Shown: in pieces, positions 50,490 to 63,510 of the stretch | Numbering within the stretch: the stretch's first letter is position 1 | Layout: the number at the start of each line of letters is the position of its first letter | Assembly: GCF_001194135.2 (NCBI RefSeq) | Contig: NC_068981.1 | Coordinates: 139,504,432-139,568,431, forward strand | DNA: 64,000 nucleotides | Reading direction: 5' to 3' | Source: Octopus bimaculoides | Lineage: Eukaryota | Made by a program: the position numbers and the translations under genes | Notes under the pieces: generated by a model | Seen by the model: the letters and a program-made list of their open reading frames with translations, nothing else | Databases searched by the model: none | Told to the model about the DNA's origin: nothing

Positions 50490-51295
50490 TTGTTTTGTAT
50501 TATGATGCCAAAAAAAAGTTTCACTACGCAACGTATGGTCTGTGTTATTTCTTCCTGTCTGTTGTCATCGTTACGTGCTCTGGCCGGGCTTAGCGGCGAA
50601 CATCCTGACTCACTGAGCGTCGACGTTCGCGCGCGCGAGTTTTCTCTTCGTTGAGGTGCTCCGCGCGGGCGTTCGTAACAATATTTTCGAAAAATCATAT
50701 ATCATTTGAAAGTTCCAGATGTGAACTTTCCTCTCATATAGTGTTAATTAAAATCTGACAATTACATATGCCAGGGTCCCTCAAACATCCGGTATTTCCA
50801 CGCATTTACAAAGTTTGTCCCATTTTTTTTTCACTGCTGAACGGCAGCCCTTCTTCTAGTTTAGTGCACTCGAGCGTCATAATTTGAGTTGTATTAAAAT
50901 CATACTTGCATAAAGTGAAAGGTGTTTGCCTTTATTTTGACATAAAAGTCAATAGGGGTAAGGTCAGATAATCGTTACGAAATATTAAATTAAAATTTCA
51001 CCGTTAATTGTCACCGAGGCTAAAACATCTTTTCAAGATTTTTATTACAAAAGGAAAAATTGTTTCACGAAATCAATGTAATCATTGATAAATCTGGCCG
51101 TAGTGGGGCGAAAAAGTGCAAAGTGAGTAAAGAGGCTGGTATACTGACCCTACTTGTCAAACTGACGTATTCGCGCACGGCGAGGGGTCAAGCGAAACTC
51201 AAATTCAAGCCTTCAGACGAGAATGTTGTTTATTCCCTTTCACTATTTTAGCAACATTTGGAGAGCCGCTAGGCAAACCTAGCGGATATCCTTGT
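50490..51295 (+). mobile_element. Unclassified DNA element, possibly Helitron/Helentron-like
   Basis: CpG-rich 50565-50680, TATATCATTTGAAAG motif, perfect hairpin CCGCTAGG-caaa-CCTAGCGG at 51266-51285 followed by ATATCCTTGT. Confidence 0.3.
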
Positions 51296-52070
51296 ACAAG
51301 AAAATTTTGTTTTTCCTTGAGAAATATTGGTCAAATTCCGCGAATAGAAATTGTGCAATGAATATAGTTTTGTAGACCACTAGAGTCAGATGTGATGGGA
51401 TTTTTTCCCCTATTTTGAATACAGTTAGTTTAATTTGTATTAGTATTTACATGTTCGTTTTGGGTCTTTTTCTCTCTCTCCTACTAAAGAATTTGCTGTA
51501 AGTTGCAGAAGTTGTTAATGCCTTGAATTTATGTTTCTAATGATTGAAACAAGGAATTTATTTTCACATTTTGTTTTTTAAAATCTAGGTCTACATTCAA
51601 TTCGGAGATAAATATGAGGTGGTTGTTGGACGTGCTGTAAACAACAGCTAAATCTCCCTTAAATCGCACATCTTTTCGTATGAAAATATTTTCAAATATT
51701 CTAAATTCTTTTTTGCCAAAAAGGCTTCTCCCATCGATTGGTCAAAATAGGTCCGGATGGGAGTGGAAGACGATAATAGTGTAAACACAGTTTTAAATTT
51801 CAAAAATTGTTTGTCATAAAAAAAGATTATGTCCATCATCTCTTAGACTGTGATAAAAAGAAAAAAATCGCAAAATCCAAAACGGAGAAAATCCAACTTA
51901 TGTGGGTGTCCTGATACAAAACCCCGCCATCTATAGTCAGTTTTAATAGACCATTAGAATTTTATTGAAATGTTGTCATGTTTTAAATTCTCAGGATTTT
52001 GCCTTGACTGGCGCCTGTGCAGTAATCACGAATTGAGAACATCTAAACAAAAAATTGTTCCGTTCTCCTT

Positions 52071-52241
52071 NNNNNNNNNNNNNNNNNNNNNNNNNNNNNN
52101 NNNNNNNNNNNNNNNNNNNNNNNNNNNNNNNNNNNNNNNNNNNNNNNNNNNNNNNNNNNNNNNNNNNNNNNNNNNNNNNNNNNNNNNNNNNNNNNNNNNN
52201 NNNNNNNNNNNNNNNNNNNNNNNNNNNNNNNNNNNNNNNNN
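52071..52241. other. Assembly gap (N run)
   Basis: Run of N. Confidence 1.
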
Positions 52242-52303
52242 ATGTTTAACAACTGGATGAATTTAATAAAAACATCTAAATATGAAACATCATGAAAAGT
52301 GCT

Positions 52304-52380
52304 CAAACTGATGTTCTTCAAACTGATGTTCTTCAAACTGATGTTCTTCAAACTGATGTTCTTCAAACTGATGTTCTTCA
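52304..52380. repeat. Perfect 15-bp tandem repeat CAAACTGATGTTCTT x5
   Basis: Direct sequence. Confidence 0.95.
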
Positions 52381-53160
52381 CTTTTTTTCCATTCGAGTCA
52401 ATACAGAATTACAGATAGTATCTATGGAAGTTCGATTCACTGTCGAGTGACTTTTGGCCAACCTTGTATATATAAAGATACTAAGAGAGCGGTGGCCTGG
52501 CAGAGTCCACAATTAATCAAGTGTACCCTTGATAAAAAGAAAGCTCGTAATCGGAGTCATAATCGATGCTGCTGAGTTAATGAAAGCAAATGTTCATTTA
52601 AACACACTCAAACGCGCACACACGCTTATATATCTACATCTATCTTCCCATCAATCTCTCTGTCTCTCTATTTATCTATATGTGTGTGTGTGTTGTTTTC
52701 TTATGTGTATTTAGGTGCTAATTTCTATTTCAGATGATAAAATTAGTCCTTCATTGTATATCGATCACAAAATATAATGACCTAAAATGAGTTATAAATA
52801 TGAAAATAATTAAAAAAAATATTAAAAATAATAAATTGGAGTGTGACGTCGTACCCAACTTGCTACTTTCTATATTTTTGCAACGTCATTTTTATCGATT
52901 ATAATTGCATGAATCTATAGCCTGTAACCTATTCTTTTCCTCAGATGATAAAAATATTGTTTTAATCATTTAATTTTGACAACCTCTTTACAATCTCAAA
53001 ATTAAAGTAATCTCGTCGAACATGACTAAAGATAGGAAAGGAGAGATTCAATCGATAAATAAATTTCTTTTAATTAGTTACAAAACCCACTGTGTGTTCA
53101 GGAGAGAATCGCTATATCCGATTTAGTAGCTTCGATACATTGAGATAGTTTGTTTCTCTG

Positions 53161-53255
53161 GAGCTGGCTGAATAAACTGCTTAGAAACATATCCTCCGTC
53201 TTTACATTCTGAGTTCAAATTCTGCAGAGGTCAGCTTTGTCCTGCATCCTTTCTA
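53161..53255 (+). mobile_element. Family A SINE 5' remnant
   Basis: GAGCTGGCTGAAT..CATTCTGAGTTCAAATTCTGCAGAGGTCAGCTTTG. Confidence 0.65.
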
Positions 53256-53825
53256 ATACTTTAAATGAAATATTTTTGTTGTGTCTAGGGAGAGTCATTT
53301 GTTTCAATACACGAATTCGCATAAAGAATCTTGCAAACCAGAAGCAAAAACGAAATGAAATATATTTTCAAAATATAATTAGAATGTCACTTAGGAATAG
53401 CAATTTGGTTTATTTCATTAATATCCAGTACAACGGAATATCCTATCTCGGTTCAATATTTAGTTGTTATCCTTATATATTTAGTTGTATATCTGCCTGA
53501 TTACTCTAGATTGTTACCCCAAAACTGTCAGAGAGAAAGCCTAATCACATATTGTCATAAAGAATTAATTCATTCAAGTTTTCCTTACAAAGCAGAGCAA
53601 TTATATTCACAAATTAATTGCCAAGTCAACAATACCAGATAATGTGAGGATGCATGGTTCTAAAGAAATGTGTACCTGCTGAGTACCTGCTTGGTGTCGA
53701 TGTAATCGACTAACCATTCCTCTAAAATTTTAGACCTTATGCTTATAGATGGAAGAGTTATTAATTCAAAGAGATAGAATCGGATTCGATCCTTGCATCA
53801 CTCTTTTACAGACCTGTGAAGTATT

Positions 53826-54002
53826 TTTCTTACTATAGGCACAAACATATAATGTTTTGGGGAAGGGGCTAGTTGATTGTATCGACCTCAATCCCAACTC
53901 TCAACTGGTATCTATTTAATCGACGTCGAAATGATGTAAGACAAATTCCACCTCAGAGGAACTTCAACTCAGAATGTAACGATTCTGCCAGCTCGTAGCC
54001 TT
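53826..54002 (-). mobile_element. tRNA-SINE family A with internal deletion
   Basis: TACTATAGGCACAA tail; ACGATTCTGCCAGCTCG head. Confidence 0.8.
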
Positions 54003-54026
54003 TACGTGAGGTATATTACTAGATAA

Positions 54027-54352
54027 GTGAAGGCATGTGGTTTAGTGGTTAGTGGGATTCGGCGCACGATCTTTAGGTAGTGAGTTCGATAACCGGCGGT
54101 AGTTGTGTCATTCAGCAAGACACTTTATTTCACGTTCCTCCAGACGACTCAGCTGGCAAAAATGAGTAATGTCTGTATTTCAAAGGACCGTCCTTGTGTC
54201 ACATCCTGTGTCACATTGAATCTCCCTGAGAGGTGTGTTAAGTGTACAAGTGTCTGTAGAGTCCCAAGCCACTTGCATGTTAATTTCACGAGCAGGCTGT
54301 TCCGTTGATCGAATCAGCTGGAACCCTCATCGGCGTGACTGACCGAGTGCCA
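54027..54352 (+). mobile_element. Mosaic tRNA-SINE (family C-type head and central block, family B-type tail), 10-bp TSD
   Basis: GTGAAGGCATGTGGTTTAGTGG head, GTTGTGTCATTCAGCAAGACAC block, GCAGGCTGTTCCGTTGATCG tail; TTACTAGATA at 54016-54025 and 54356-54365. Confidence 0.8.
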
Positions 54353-54677
54353 AGTTTACTAGATATAAGACAATGGAAGAATGTTTAAATGAGATTTGGG
54401 GTCACCTAGAATCAGCACACATATTTTCTTCAGAACGAACCAAACATTACCATTTTCAAGAAAGAAACACACATTAAATAAGGTAGTTTGGAGAAATCAC
54501 AAAGCATGATTAGTTATGAGTGGAACGTGTCTGATCACAGGTGTTCGCAATCAGTATTAACTTGGAACCAAAAGACAGTCAAAGCAAGGTCTGAATTGTT
54601 AACACACACAGACGCGCACCCACATGAACACACACGCGTGCAAATATGTATATAGCTGCATCATATAGTTATTCTAA

Positions 54678-54687
54678 NNNNNNNNNN
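54678..54687. other. Small assembly gap (N run)
   Basis: 10 N. Confidence 1.
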
Positions 54688-54729
<42 letters not shown>

Positions 54730-55089
54730 ATATTCATGATAAGTTCTGGATGTGTTGGCTTGATGTAGCATAGTATCATCATGGTTAGAAAGAACACTAT
54801 GATCATAGGTCTGCGTTATCTAAACTGACCTGCGTCTAGACAACAACAACAACAACAACAACGTTACTACATGCGATAAAACATTCAACGTCTGTCATTT
54901 TTATCTCCCTCTTATAGATATACTATTAAAATATTTATTTTTTTACGCTTGCAAAAGTTACTACTGTGTACTGAAACTGTCTATTTCAAGAAATGTTCGT
55001 CGATAAAAATAAATTACAGTGGGTGTAGTTACTATCAGGATTGGAAAAAAAACCCTGACATTTGCTCTTCTTCAGAGGAGAAAGAATAT

Positions 55090-55300
55090 AGGCGAGACGT
55101 GGTTATGTGGTTTAAGGGGCTCGCTTTGTCATCAAGTTGTTTCGGGTTCATTCTTACTGCGCGGTACTTTGGGCAAAGCGGCTTATAAAATAATCAAAGA
55201 GAGAGGTGATGGTCAAAGCTGGGAGAGAATAAATCCTAAATATTCTTAAAAATATAAATGCCGATGAACGTTGGTCTGCTAGATCGCACCTAACCTGGGG
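55090..55300 (+). mobile_element. Diverged tRNA-SINE (family D-like head, CCTGGGGCTAAA tail)
   Basis: GTGGTTATGTGG..GGTACTTTGGGCAAAG; tail similar to 54790-54862 and, on the minus strand, to about 975-1010. Confidence 0.55.
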
Positions 55301-57657
55301 CTAAATATATATTAAAAAAACAAAACAAAAAAAGAAACATGATATTCCAGTTGCTCACTATGATTCCTTATTGACCCGGAGATAAAACGAAACGTGTTAG
55401 AATTAATGTATTCTCTTAACCATTCTGTCTAACTTTCGTAAAAAACCATAATTTTGAGGTAGGAAGATATCAGTTACATCGACCCCAGGGCTCAACTGTG
55501 AGAGGGTGACATGGAAAGTCGACCACGGTAGGATTTGATGTCGAAACACAAAAAGCCAGAAGAAATGCAGTGAAGCATTTTGTCCGGCTTGGTAACAATT
55601 CTTTCAATTGACTACCTTCATGTGTTCTTTCAGTGATGTAGCATGTGTTCGTCTGATATGTTACATAGTTTAGCAATCATATAGAATTTTCAATACAATA
55701 CTTCGTGTATTCACAGAAGAACAGTTAAGAGAATGCATGGGACTCTCAGATCTCTGCTGAAGATTATCTTAATTTCTCTATGCATTTTCTTCGTTCATGT
55801 GTTGCAGTTAAAAAACGTATGGCAAGGCAGTTACACAGTTGGTGTTTACAAACCAATAAAGAATCTGTTTGTTGACACTTGCTGTGACAGAAATAGCAAT
55901 CAGTTGACTTCAATTCACACAATATCTTAGGGGGAAAATATACACGCGTTAAAGACAATTTGGCCACATTAGGAATGACTGTGATCATAAGGTTGCTAGA
56001 CCACGGCTGACATGGAGCTAAACAACAAGAAGACTTCCCAAGTATATACTGTTCTCTTTCAATCAATGATCTCTGTGTACAGCGAAGGGACTACACTTAT
56101 TAGAAATTAAGTATCACGATCAATGATATAACGCAGATCCACATTATGAATCGACAATCATTGACATCTAATTAAACTTAGTCTTGCATCATAACCCCAT
56201 TCACGTCTAGGATGTTTATAGCAATATAAAGCATCACTGGTAATCTATTTTAATGACCGCAAAAGGATGAAAGGCTAAGTTAACCTTGCCATAATTTGAA
56301 ATCTGATTATAAATGCTGTAAATAAATACCTCAAGGAATTTTTCTGTCCATCACGTGTTTTCCTCTAATTGAAGAGGAGAAATGTAGAATATTTATTTCC
56401 CTCGTGCACTATTGTGATAATGATAAGTAGAAGTAATTAACGAGTTAGCAATATAATTTTATCTATGAACAGGCGATCAGCCCATTTGATTTAGGAGAGG
56501 GGCTTCTGTTTTGATGATAATAGTTTTCTCGAAGGTGTTAGAGGCGTATGTGAAATAAAAGGGTAGAAACGGGAATCGAAACAAATTAACGAATTCCTTC
56601 CTTACAGCATGTAAAACTTAGAATCATGAAAAATACAAAATTAAAATGGTACAACGTCAGGAAGAGTGAATTGCAACTTTAATCATCATGTTATTTTAAT
56701 TAGAAGCAGTGAAAAATTTTCGGCACTAAGAAACATAAAAAAGAACACAATAATTCATATATGAAAAGAAAAATGAATTTTAATGATTTTTTTCGAACAA
56801 AGGATAATATAAGACCATAATTTGACATTTAAATGGAGATTATTTGCATAATACCAATAAAAACAGATTAAAATGTTATCTTATCGATTATTTGCCTTTT
56901 CTAAAGATATTTTTAATTTAAATTTGTTTTCAGATTTTTCTTTAAGATTTTATTAATTAAAAATTAGAAGACCTTGTGTGAAATGTTAAAAAGAAAACCA
57001 TTCTTATTAAATTTCAAGTAAGAATTAAGTTATGTAGTTTTTTTTTGGTACCGTGTAGCAACACTCCTCTAGGGACTGCACATAACTGAGGCATGAATTT
57101 TACAGTCACGAGAACTAGCAGTGCATCATTCAGCTGTGTGAACGCCATGCCTCGACAGCAAGTTATTTGGATAAGCGGAGCCCTGGATATACGTTTCGTT
57201 CTTGCTTTGTACTAATTCTATTATTTTTGCATAATGCAACTGGTGAAGAATGATGTAGTTAGTTACAGATTTCCAATTAATCAAATACTAGTTTACTAAA
57301 TTTCTCATGTCGAGAGTGACAAGGCCGGTGTCTAATTTGATGCAGAGTAAATATTAAAAATCAAAAACTGCATTCATAAAATACACATTTTTGGTTTTTT
57401 TCCGCAATTTTTCATAATTTACACCGAAAAATATCGGGGAAAGAAAGCCATACACATATACAGAGAAATAAACACACTTAAGCGCACTCATAAGCACACA
57501 TATATATCTTGAGATATAAATGCCTAGGCACGAAATTCCATTTTTTGTTGGTTGTATTTATTGTATCACTTCTCAAAACGTGTAATGAAAAAGTAGCAGA
57601 TGTGCCAAAAGAGGTGGAATAGAGAGAAGTAAAGAAAGAGGAAAGATAGTCGGGAGA

Positions 57658-57718
<61 letters not shown>

Positions 57719-58580
57719 GGAAAGAGGATGAGAAAGAGAGATAGAGATAGCCAGCAGTCAATCAATAAAAAAAATGAGCCAATCAGTCAGGTGAATAGAA
57801 AATAAAATATTGAAAAGATGAAAGAAAGTGGGCAAATACCTGAGTAGAAGAGGTGGAAAAAGAAAAAATAGACCTCTCCGGTATAGAGGGGGAATTAGAG
57901 AGGTGACGTGATAAATAAAAGAGGTATAGAGGGTGAGCAAATGAAAGAGAATGAAAGATATTAAGACAATGAAATTAATTTATGATATGGAAGTGTGAAT
58001 GTCGGATGATGACGTTTAGAAAAGGAGAAAAAGAGGTAGAACAGATGTCTATTGGTAGAAACAAGAGACAGGAAAGAAACATAATGATATGAATGAATCA
58101 GCGAAAATAATGAAGAGGTCTGGGAATTGGGAGCATAAAAACTGAGTCGGCATTTCAAAAGAAAGCAACAATTAACTGGAAGTGAAACTGATGAACAGAA
58201 GATGTTCGTTTTCGAAATGCAGAAAAGAAAAAAAAATTATGCCTTGCTTAATTTTTCTTCCGTTTATCTTTATTCTCGTTGCTACAAGTTTTGCCTATGT
58301 TTCTTGTGCTTCTTATCATTTTTCTGCACTTCCTGTCTCCAATTAAAATCAAACATTATTTGAAACAAAAAAGAAAGAAAAGAACACAAATAAAGTATTT
58401 TTGATGGGCTTTGTAACGAATAATGATAGGCTTTGGATATTCTTAGTCCCTAGGAAGCATTTTTAGTGGAGTGCTAAGAAAATACTTACTACAATAATGT
58501 ATGAGACACACCGAGTTAAATCAGATAGACACAGACAACTAGACATCGCTATAAATATAATGAAATACATATATAAATAT

Positions 58581-58796
58581 TGGTTTCAAATTTTGGTACA
58601 AGGCCAGCAATTGATGGGGGAGGGGAGAAGTCAATTATATCGATCCCAGTACTCAACTGGTACTTATTTTATCGATTCCGAAAGGATGAAAGATAAAGTT
58701 GACCCCGGTGGAATTTGAACTCAAAACCTAAAAACGGGTGAAATGCCGCTAAGCATGTTGCGCGGCTTGCTAACGATTCTGGCAGCTCGCCGCCTT
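58581..58796 (-). mobile_element. tRNA-SINE family A
   Basis: Full-length, colinear with other copies. Confidence 0.9.
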
Positions 58797-59779
58797 AAAT
58801 ATACATATATATAGATATTAAATATCTTCTTCGGAACATGATTGTGTTTCTAGCATCATTGGTGTTATTTATCATAGCGTTATTTATCTGCATTATTTGC
58901 GAATATACAATTGTGTTGCAAAATGCATAGCGTGCATATTTGTACAGATATATAAACATAATTTGTTATACACTGAAATTGTAATCAGATGGTGAATGCT
59001 GTGAAACGGCCGTAAGCCTAAAGATAAGTGGTTAAATAAATATATTCAATTCTCAAACCTGCAGACGTTTTATGGTTTATATATTCCTCATGAAATTATT
59101 TCATTGTTGAGGTTTTCTGGATTTCAGCTGCATGGAACTATGCACTATACTCCTCTGTATTGGTTTAATGTGTGGTCTGTTAACCGAATCCGTTAGAGAT
59201 TTCAATGATAGTCACGCGATTCTATGAATCCATATATTACACTACAAATATCTATTAAACAATGCCAGCCGAAACTTAATATATTAACCAAGTACTCAAC
59301 TGTGAAGAAAATAACATTCTAAGGTCGGCAATGAACTTTTCAAGACGTATTCACTTGCTGATAATTTCTCACTTAAACTCAGGTATGCTGGAGTAGTATA
59401 CCTCAACGAAGAGCTAGAATAGAGGTATTTTGCATACTGCAAAATATATTATGCATGCATAAGTATATTTCCGTAAACTTGAGGAAAAAGCTTTTATTGA
59501 TATAAAGTTCAGCTTCTCATAGACCCATGACCAATACATCGTCACATCTCCAAAGTCATATTTTTTGTATTTTCAAGAAGAGAAGATACCTACAAAGTAA
59601 CAAGTGAACAAACTACACAGTGAAGCCCCTAAAGCTCCAAATGCAGTCGAAAACATTGACGGTGAAACTGCAGAAGATATAAAACGTTTGATTAGCACTT
59701 GCTCAAATGTGTTATAAAGTTACGTTCCATTTTTGCAACTTGGATGGCTGAGGCACTCTTTCAGTTACAATGACCAGTG

Positions 59780-59981
59780 CTCCACTTCTTCCGATCAGCA
59801 GAACAGACTGCTCGTGAAATTAACGTACAAGTGGCTAAGCACCAAACAGGCACGCGTATCCTTAACGTAGTTCTCAGGGAGATTCAATATGACACTTCGA
59901 GTGTGACAAGGCTGCTCTATTGAACTAAAATTGCAACCTATTTTGCTGGCTGAGTAGACTGGAGCAACGTGAAATAAAGTA
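59780..59981 (-). mobile_element. Family B/C-type SINE 3' part
   Basis: CTGCTCGTGAAATTAACG..CCTTAACGTAGTTCTCAGGGAGATTCA..GAGCAACGTGAAATAAAG. Confidence 0.75.
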
Positions 59982-60133
59982 CAATGCTGGAGAACGCATC
60001 GCACTTGCAGGAATTGAACTCTCCACCTTACGAACACATGAGGCTGTGGCTAAAACAGCATGCAGTGATATCCATAATAAAATTGTCTTGGAATAAATAT
60101 AAGCAATATACCAGATATTCGAAACAGACACGC

Positions 60134-60182
<49 letters not shown>

Positions 60183-60184
60183 GG

Positions 60185-60322
60185 TGCAGGAGTGGCTGTG
60201 TGGTAAGTACTTTGTTTACCAACCACAAGGTTCCGAGTTCAGTCCCATTGCGTGGCACCTTGGGCAAGTGTCTTCTACTGTAGCCTCGGGCCAACCAAAG
60301 CCTTGTGAGTCGATTTGGTCGT

Positions 60323-60378
<56 letters not shown>

Positions 60379-60563
60379 TTGCGTGTGTTTGTATATATGT
60401 TTGTGTATCTGTGTTTGTGTCCCCCGTAACTTAGCGGTTCAGCAAAAGAGAGCGATAGAATTAAGTACTAGGCTTACAGAGAAAATGTTTTGGGGTCCAT
60501 TTGCTCGACTAAAGACAGTGCTCCAGCATGGCCGCAGTCAAATTACTGAAACAAGTAAAAGAA
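60185..60563 (+). mobile_element. tRNA-SINE family D, full length, internal TA/TG microsatellite
   Basis: GCAGGAGTGGCTGTGTGGTAAG head, GAGTTCAGTCCC B-box, GGCACCTTGGGCAAGTG CORE-like block, GCTCCAGCATGGCCGCAGTCAAA..GTAAAAGAATA tail. Confidence 0.9.
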
Positions 60564-60576
60564 TACATATACATAC

Positions 60577-60709
60577 ACACATACAGGTGAGCACACATAC
60601 AGGTGAGCACACATACAGGTGAGCACACATACAGGTGAGCACATATACAGGTGAGCACACATACAGGTGAGCACACATACAGGTGAGCACACATACAGGT
60701 GAACACACA
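60577..60709. repeat. 16-bp minisatellite (ACAGGTGAGCACACAT) x8
   Basis: CAGGTG at 60584, 60600, 60616, 60632, 60648, 60664, 60680, 60696. Confidence 0.95.
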
Positions 60710-60755
60710 AGACGGAAAAGATAGCACTCGAATACCAAAGACTGAGTAATATGCA

Positions 60756-60906
60756 TTTATTAAAGCTGCAAAATTATCACAAAACAGTTACTCAAAGTTT
60801 CACGTTGCCATTCATCGGACACGTGTTTTCATCACAACTGTCCGACGAACTAGAACTTGAAACTAATTAACAGTTAGTTTTGAGATAATTTTTCAGCTTT
60901 AATAAA
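60756..60906. mobile_element. Short foldback (about 70-bp arms), each arm with a degenerate HHR-like motif
   Basis: TTTATTAAAGCTGCAAAATTATCACAAAAC vs GTTTTGAGATAATTTTTCAGCTTTAATAAA; cores CCGATGA (minus) and CCGACGA (plus), each followed by GAAAC. Confidence 0.6.
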
Positions 60907-60908
60907 AG

Positions 60909-60940
<32 letters not shown>

Positions 60941-63255
60941 TGCTGATAAAACTTCCACATCAAAATATAACTGGTGTGATATACATATTTGGAAATAAAA
61001 AGAAAATCATGTAGAGTCTTAGAGGCTAGTTGCTTTCCAGATGTGAACATTGCTTCCAAAATCATGGAGTGGGAAAATATTTACGGATACTGTGCTGAAT
61101 CCTGCAGCTTCTATAGTCTGATATAAATTTTAATCTATATCAATAATTATTAGTGCACTAGCATGTGTCAATTTATGCCTGACATCATGGAAAATCCAGG
61201 ATTTGCAAGCGAAGTAAGAGATTGGCTTTGTATAGTTTATCAATATTCAAGATTTTATACAGTTCAACGTGTACCATTTTTCATTGTTGTTATGCACATT
61301 CGTTTAATAGAGATATTTTTCTCTGTTAGAAACCTCACCTGCTTCTTTGTAGGGAAAATTCAAATAATTAAAAATGAAACACACATACACACACATGACC
61401 ACACACACACATATATATATGTGTGTGTGTGTATCTGCACGACTGGTTGGCGTTAAATTTAAATATATATGGCGTGCTTGCGCATATTTAGCGTTTTCTA
61501 AAGTCTTTTGATAAGGTAAATGTTCGACTCTTGATTATTATATAGAACATGTGGTAGGTGCCACAGAGTATGATTGATTTTGGAATCACGTAATTGCGAG
61601 CATAATTTTTAACAACGCATCTATTCCTGTTTCTTTTGAGTTATTTTCATTTAAAACTACCCTACTAATTGCAAAAGGGGACTTTTTTCGTAGTTAATCT
61701 ACAACATTTATTTGAACTGAACAAAAGTATGAACCAGTGTCTGACAAAAGATGTTCAATCTCTCTGATACATTTGAAAGCTAATAGTAACAACAAATTGA
61801 CTACATGCTTGTTAAAATAATTTTGTTCCAAGATAAACAATCTATAGCGCTTGTCAAAGCTTTCAGAATTGCTTTCCCTTATGAGCATGTAATATTTAAA
61901 CCCTTAGAAATATTTAATATAAGTTTAATGCCACTTCATATATATTTGATTGTTACATATCTGATTTATCCAATAAATTGAAGCCTATCATTTTAATAAG
62001 CCATAATTACATAATTAAATTTCGAATAGCCAAACAAAAAGCAAATCATATTTCATTCTGTTTAATCCCATTATCAGAAATGTAAATAAAATTACTTATG
62101 CACAAACATATAAACATTTTCTTCGAATTTTTATAAGAAATCAGCCGGTATTGCGTATGTGAATTACAGTTGCTCAAATATAGAGGAGATATAAATAAGT
62201 AAGCGATTAAAAAATGCGCAGTACAATGGTAGTTTGTGTAAGTCGGTAGCTCGATGGGAAGAATGAGATCAAGTGAAACTTTATCGCAGTGATTCTAACC
62301 ATTTTTGCCTATAATCTCAATTGATTTCTATTTTAATCTATCGAACCTCTATAGCCATTCGATATATATAAAAAAACACCCTACAGTATTTTTATATATA
62401 AAAATTATTAGGAATTGTATAAAAATAAATTAAGTATTTTGTGTGTTGTACATTTTAGCAACAAAATCTTACATCGGTTCCCAAAGGCCAAATGTACCCC
62501 GGTTGAGAACAGCTGCTTTATCAGACAGAAAGCAGATTAACTTTCCTCAAAACTGAAGAGTCAGTAGCGAAATGTTAAACACGTTTTCTCATTGAATTCA
62601 TACTTATCAATTACCATGAAAAAGACCACAACTATTCTTCGTGGACTCGATTTTTTGAGGTTTAATATTTTCATATTTTATTTACTAACACGCAGTTCAA
62701 TGGATGACATCTCAGATTCTACATAATAAATCTGTGGTAGGATTAGACCGCATCTTAACGTAATACTAGTTAATTATTCATTGTTGTACTTAATTATCAT
62801 GTCTATTTAAAGTGGTGCAAGTAAACGCCATTTTATCTGAATTGGCAACGAATGATGAAATATAGTGTATACATTGACAAGAAAACCGTTATCTTATCAA
62901 CTAAGCATGATACGACTTTTAATAGAAGTAGATGAAACATCTTAATTGGAAACACCAATAAAAAGGCTTGTCTATTTACTGCTGAATAATATTTCTATGA
63001 CGACAGACATCAAAACGAGACATTTCATACACTGCTCATATCTGAAGGATTGGCGTAGAAGAAACGAGAATCAATGAATCGAGTTTGCAGCATAGTATTT
63101 TGAATTCTATTGTGAAAATATTAATGAATTTACTTCAACAGCAGATCTCAGTAGAGGTTTTGATATACGCAGGAAATATATTTAGATGAGACAGTGAAAT
63201 CTTTTGATAATAGAATTTCAAATTATGCAAAGATAATCTAAAATATCAAAAACCA

Positions 63256-63263
63256 TTTACACA

Positions 63264-63296
<33 letters not shown>

Positions 63297-63314
63297 GTAT
63301 AAGTATATATGTAT

Positions 63315-63390
<76 letters not shown>

Positions 63391-63510
63391 CATATATATA
63401 TATACATGTATATACATATACATATGTATATATATATACATATACGCATATATAATATATATATAAATATATAAATATATACATATATATGAAAATATAT
63501 CTATATATAA
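63256..63510. repeat. (CATA)n/(TA)n low-complexity tract
   Basis: Direct sequence. Confidence 0.95.

Noticed and set aside
52304-52380. Tandem repeats as a CRISPR array (also 60577-60709 and the SINE array at 21.6-22.6 kb)
   Set aside because: No unique spacers, eukaryotic context, no cas genes.
58183-58220. CTGATGA..GAAA near 58.2 kb and CTGAAGA..GAAA near 62.55 kb as hammerheads
   Set aside because: No contiguous stem II and no stem I or III pairing.
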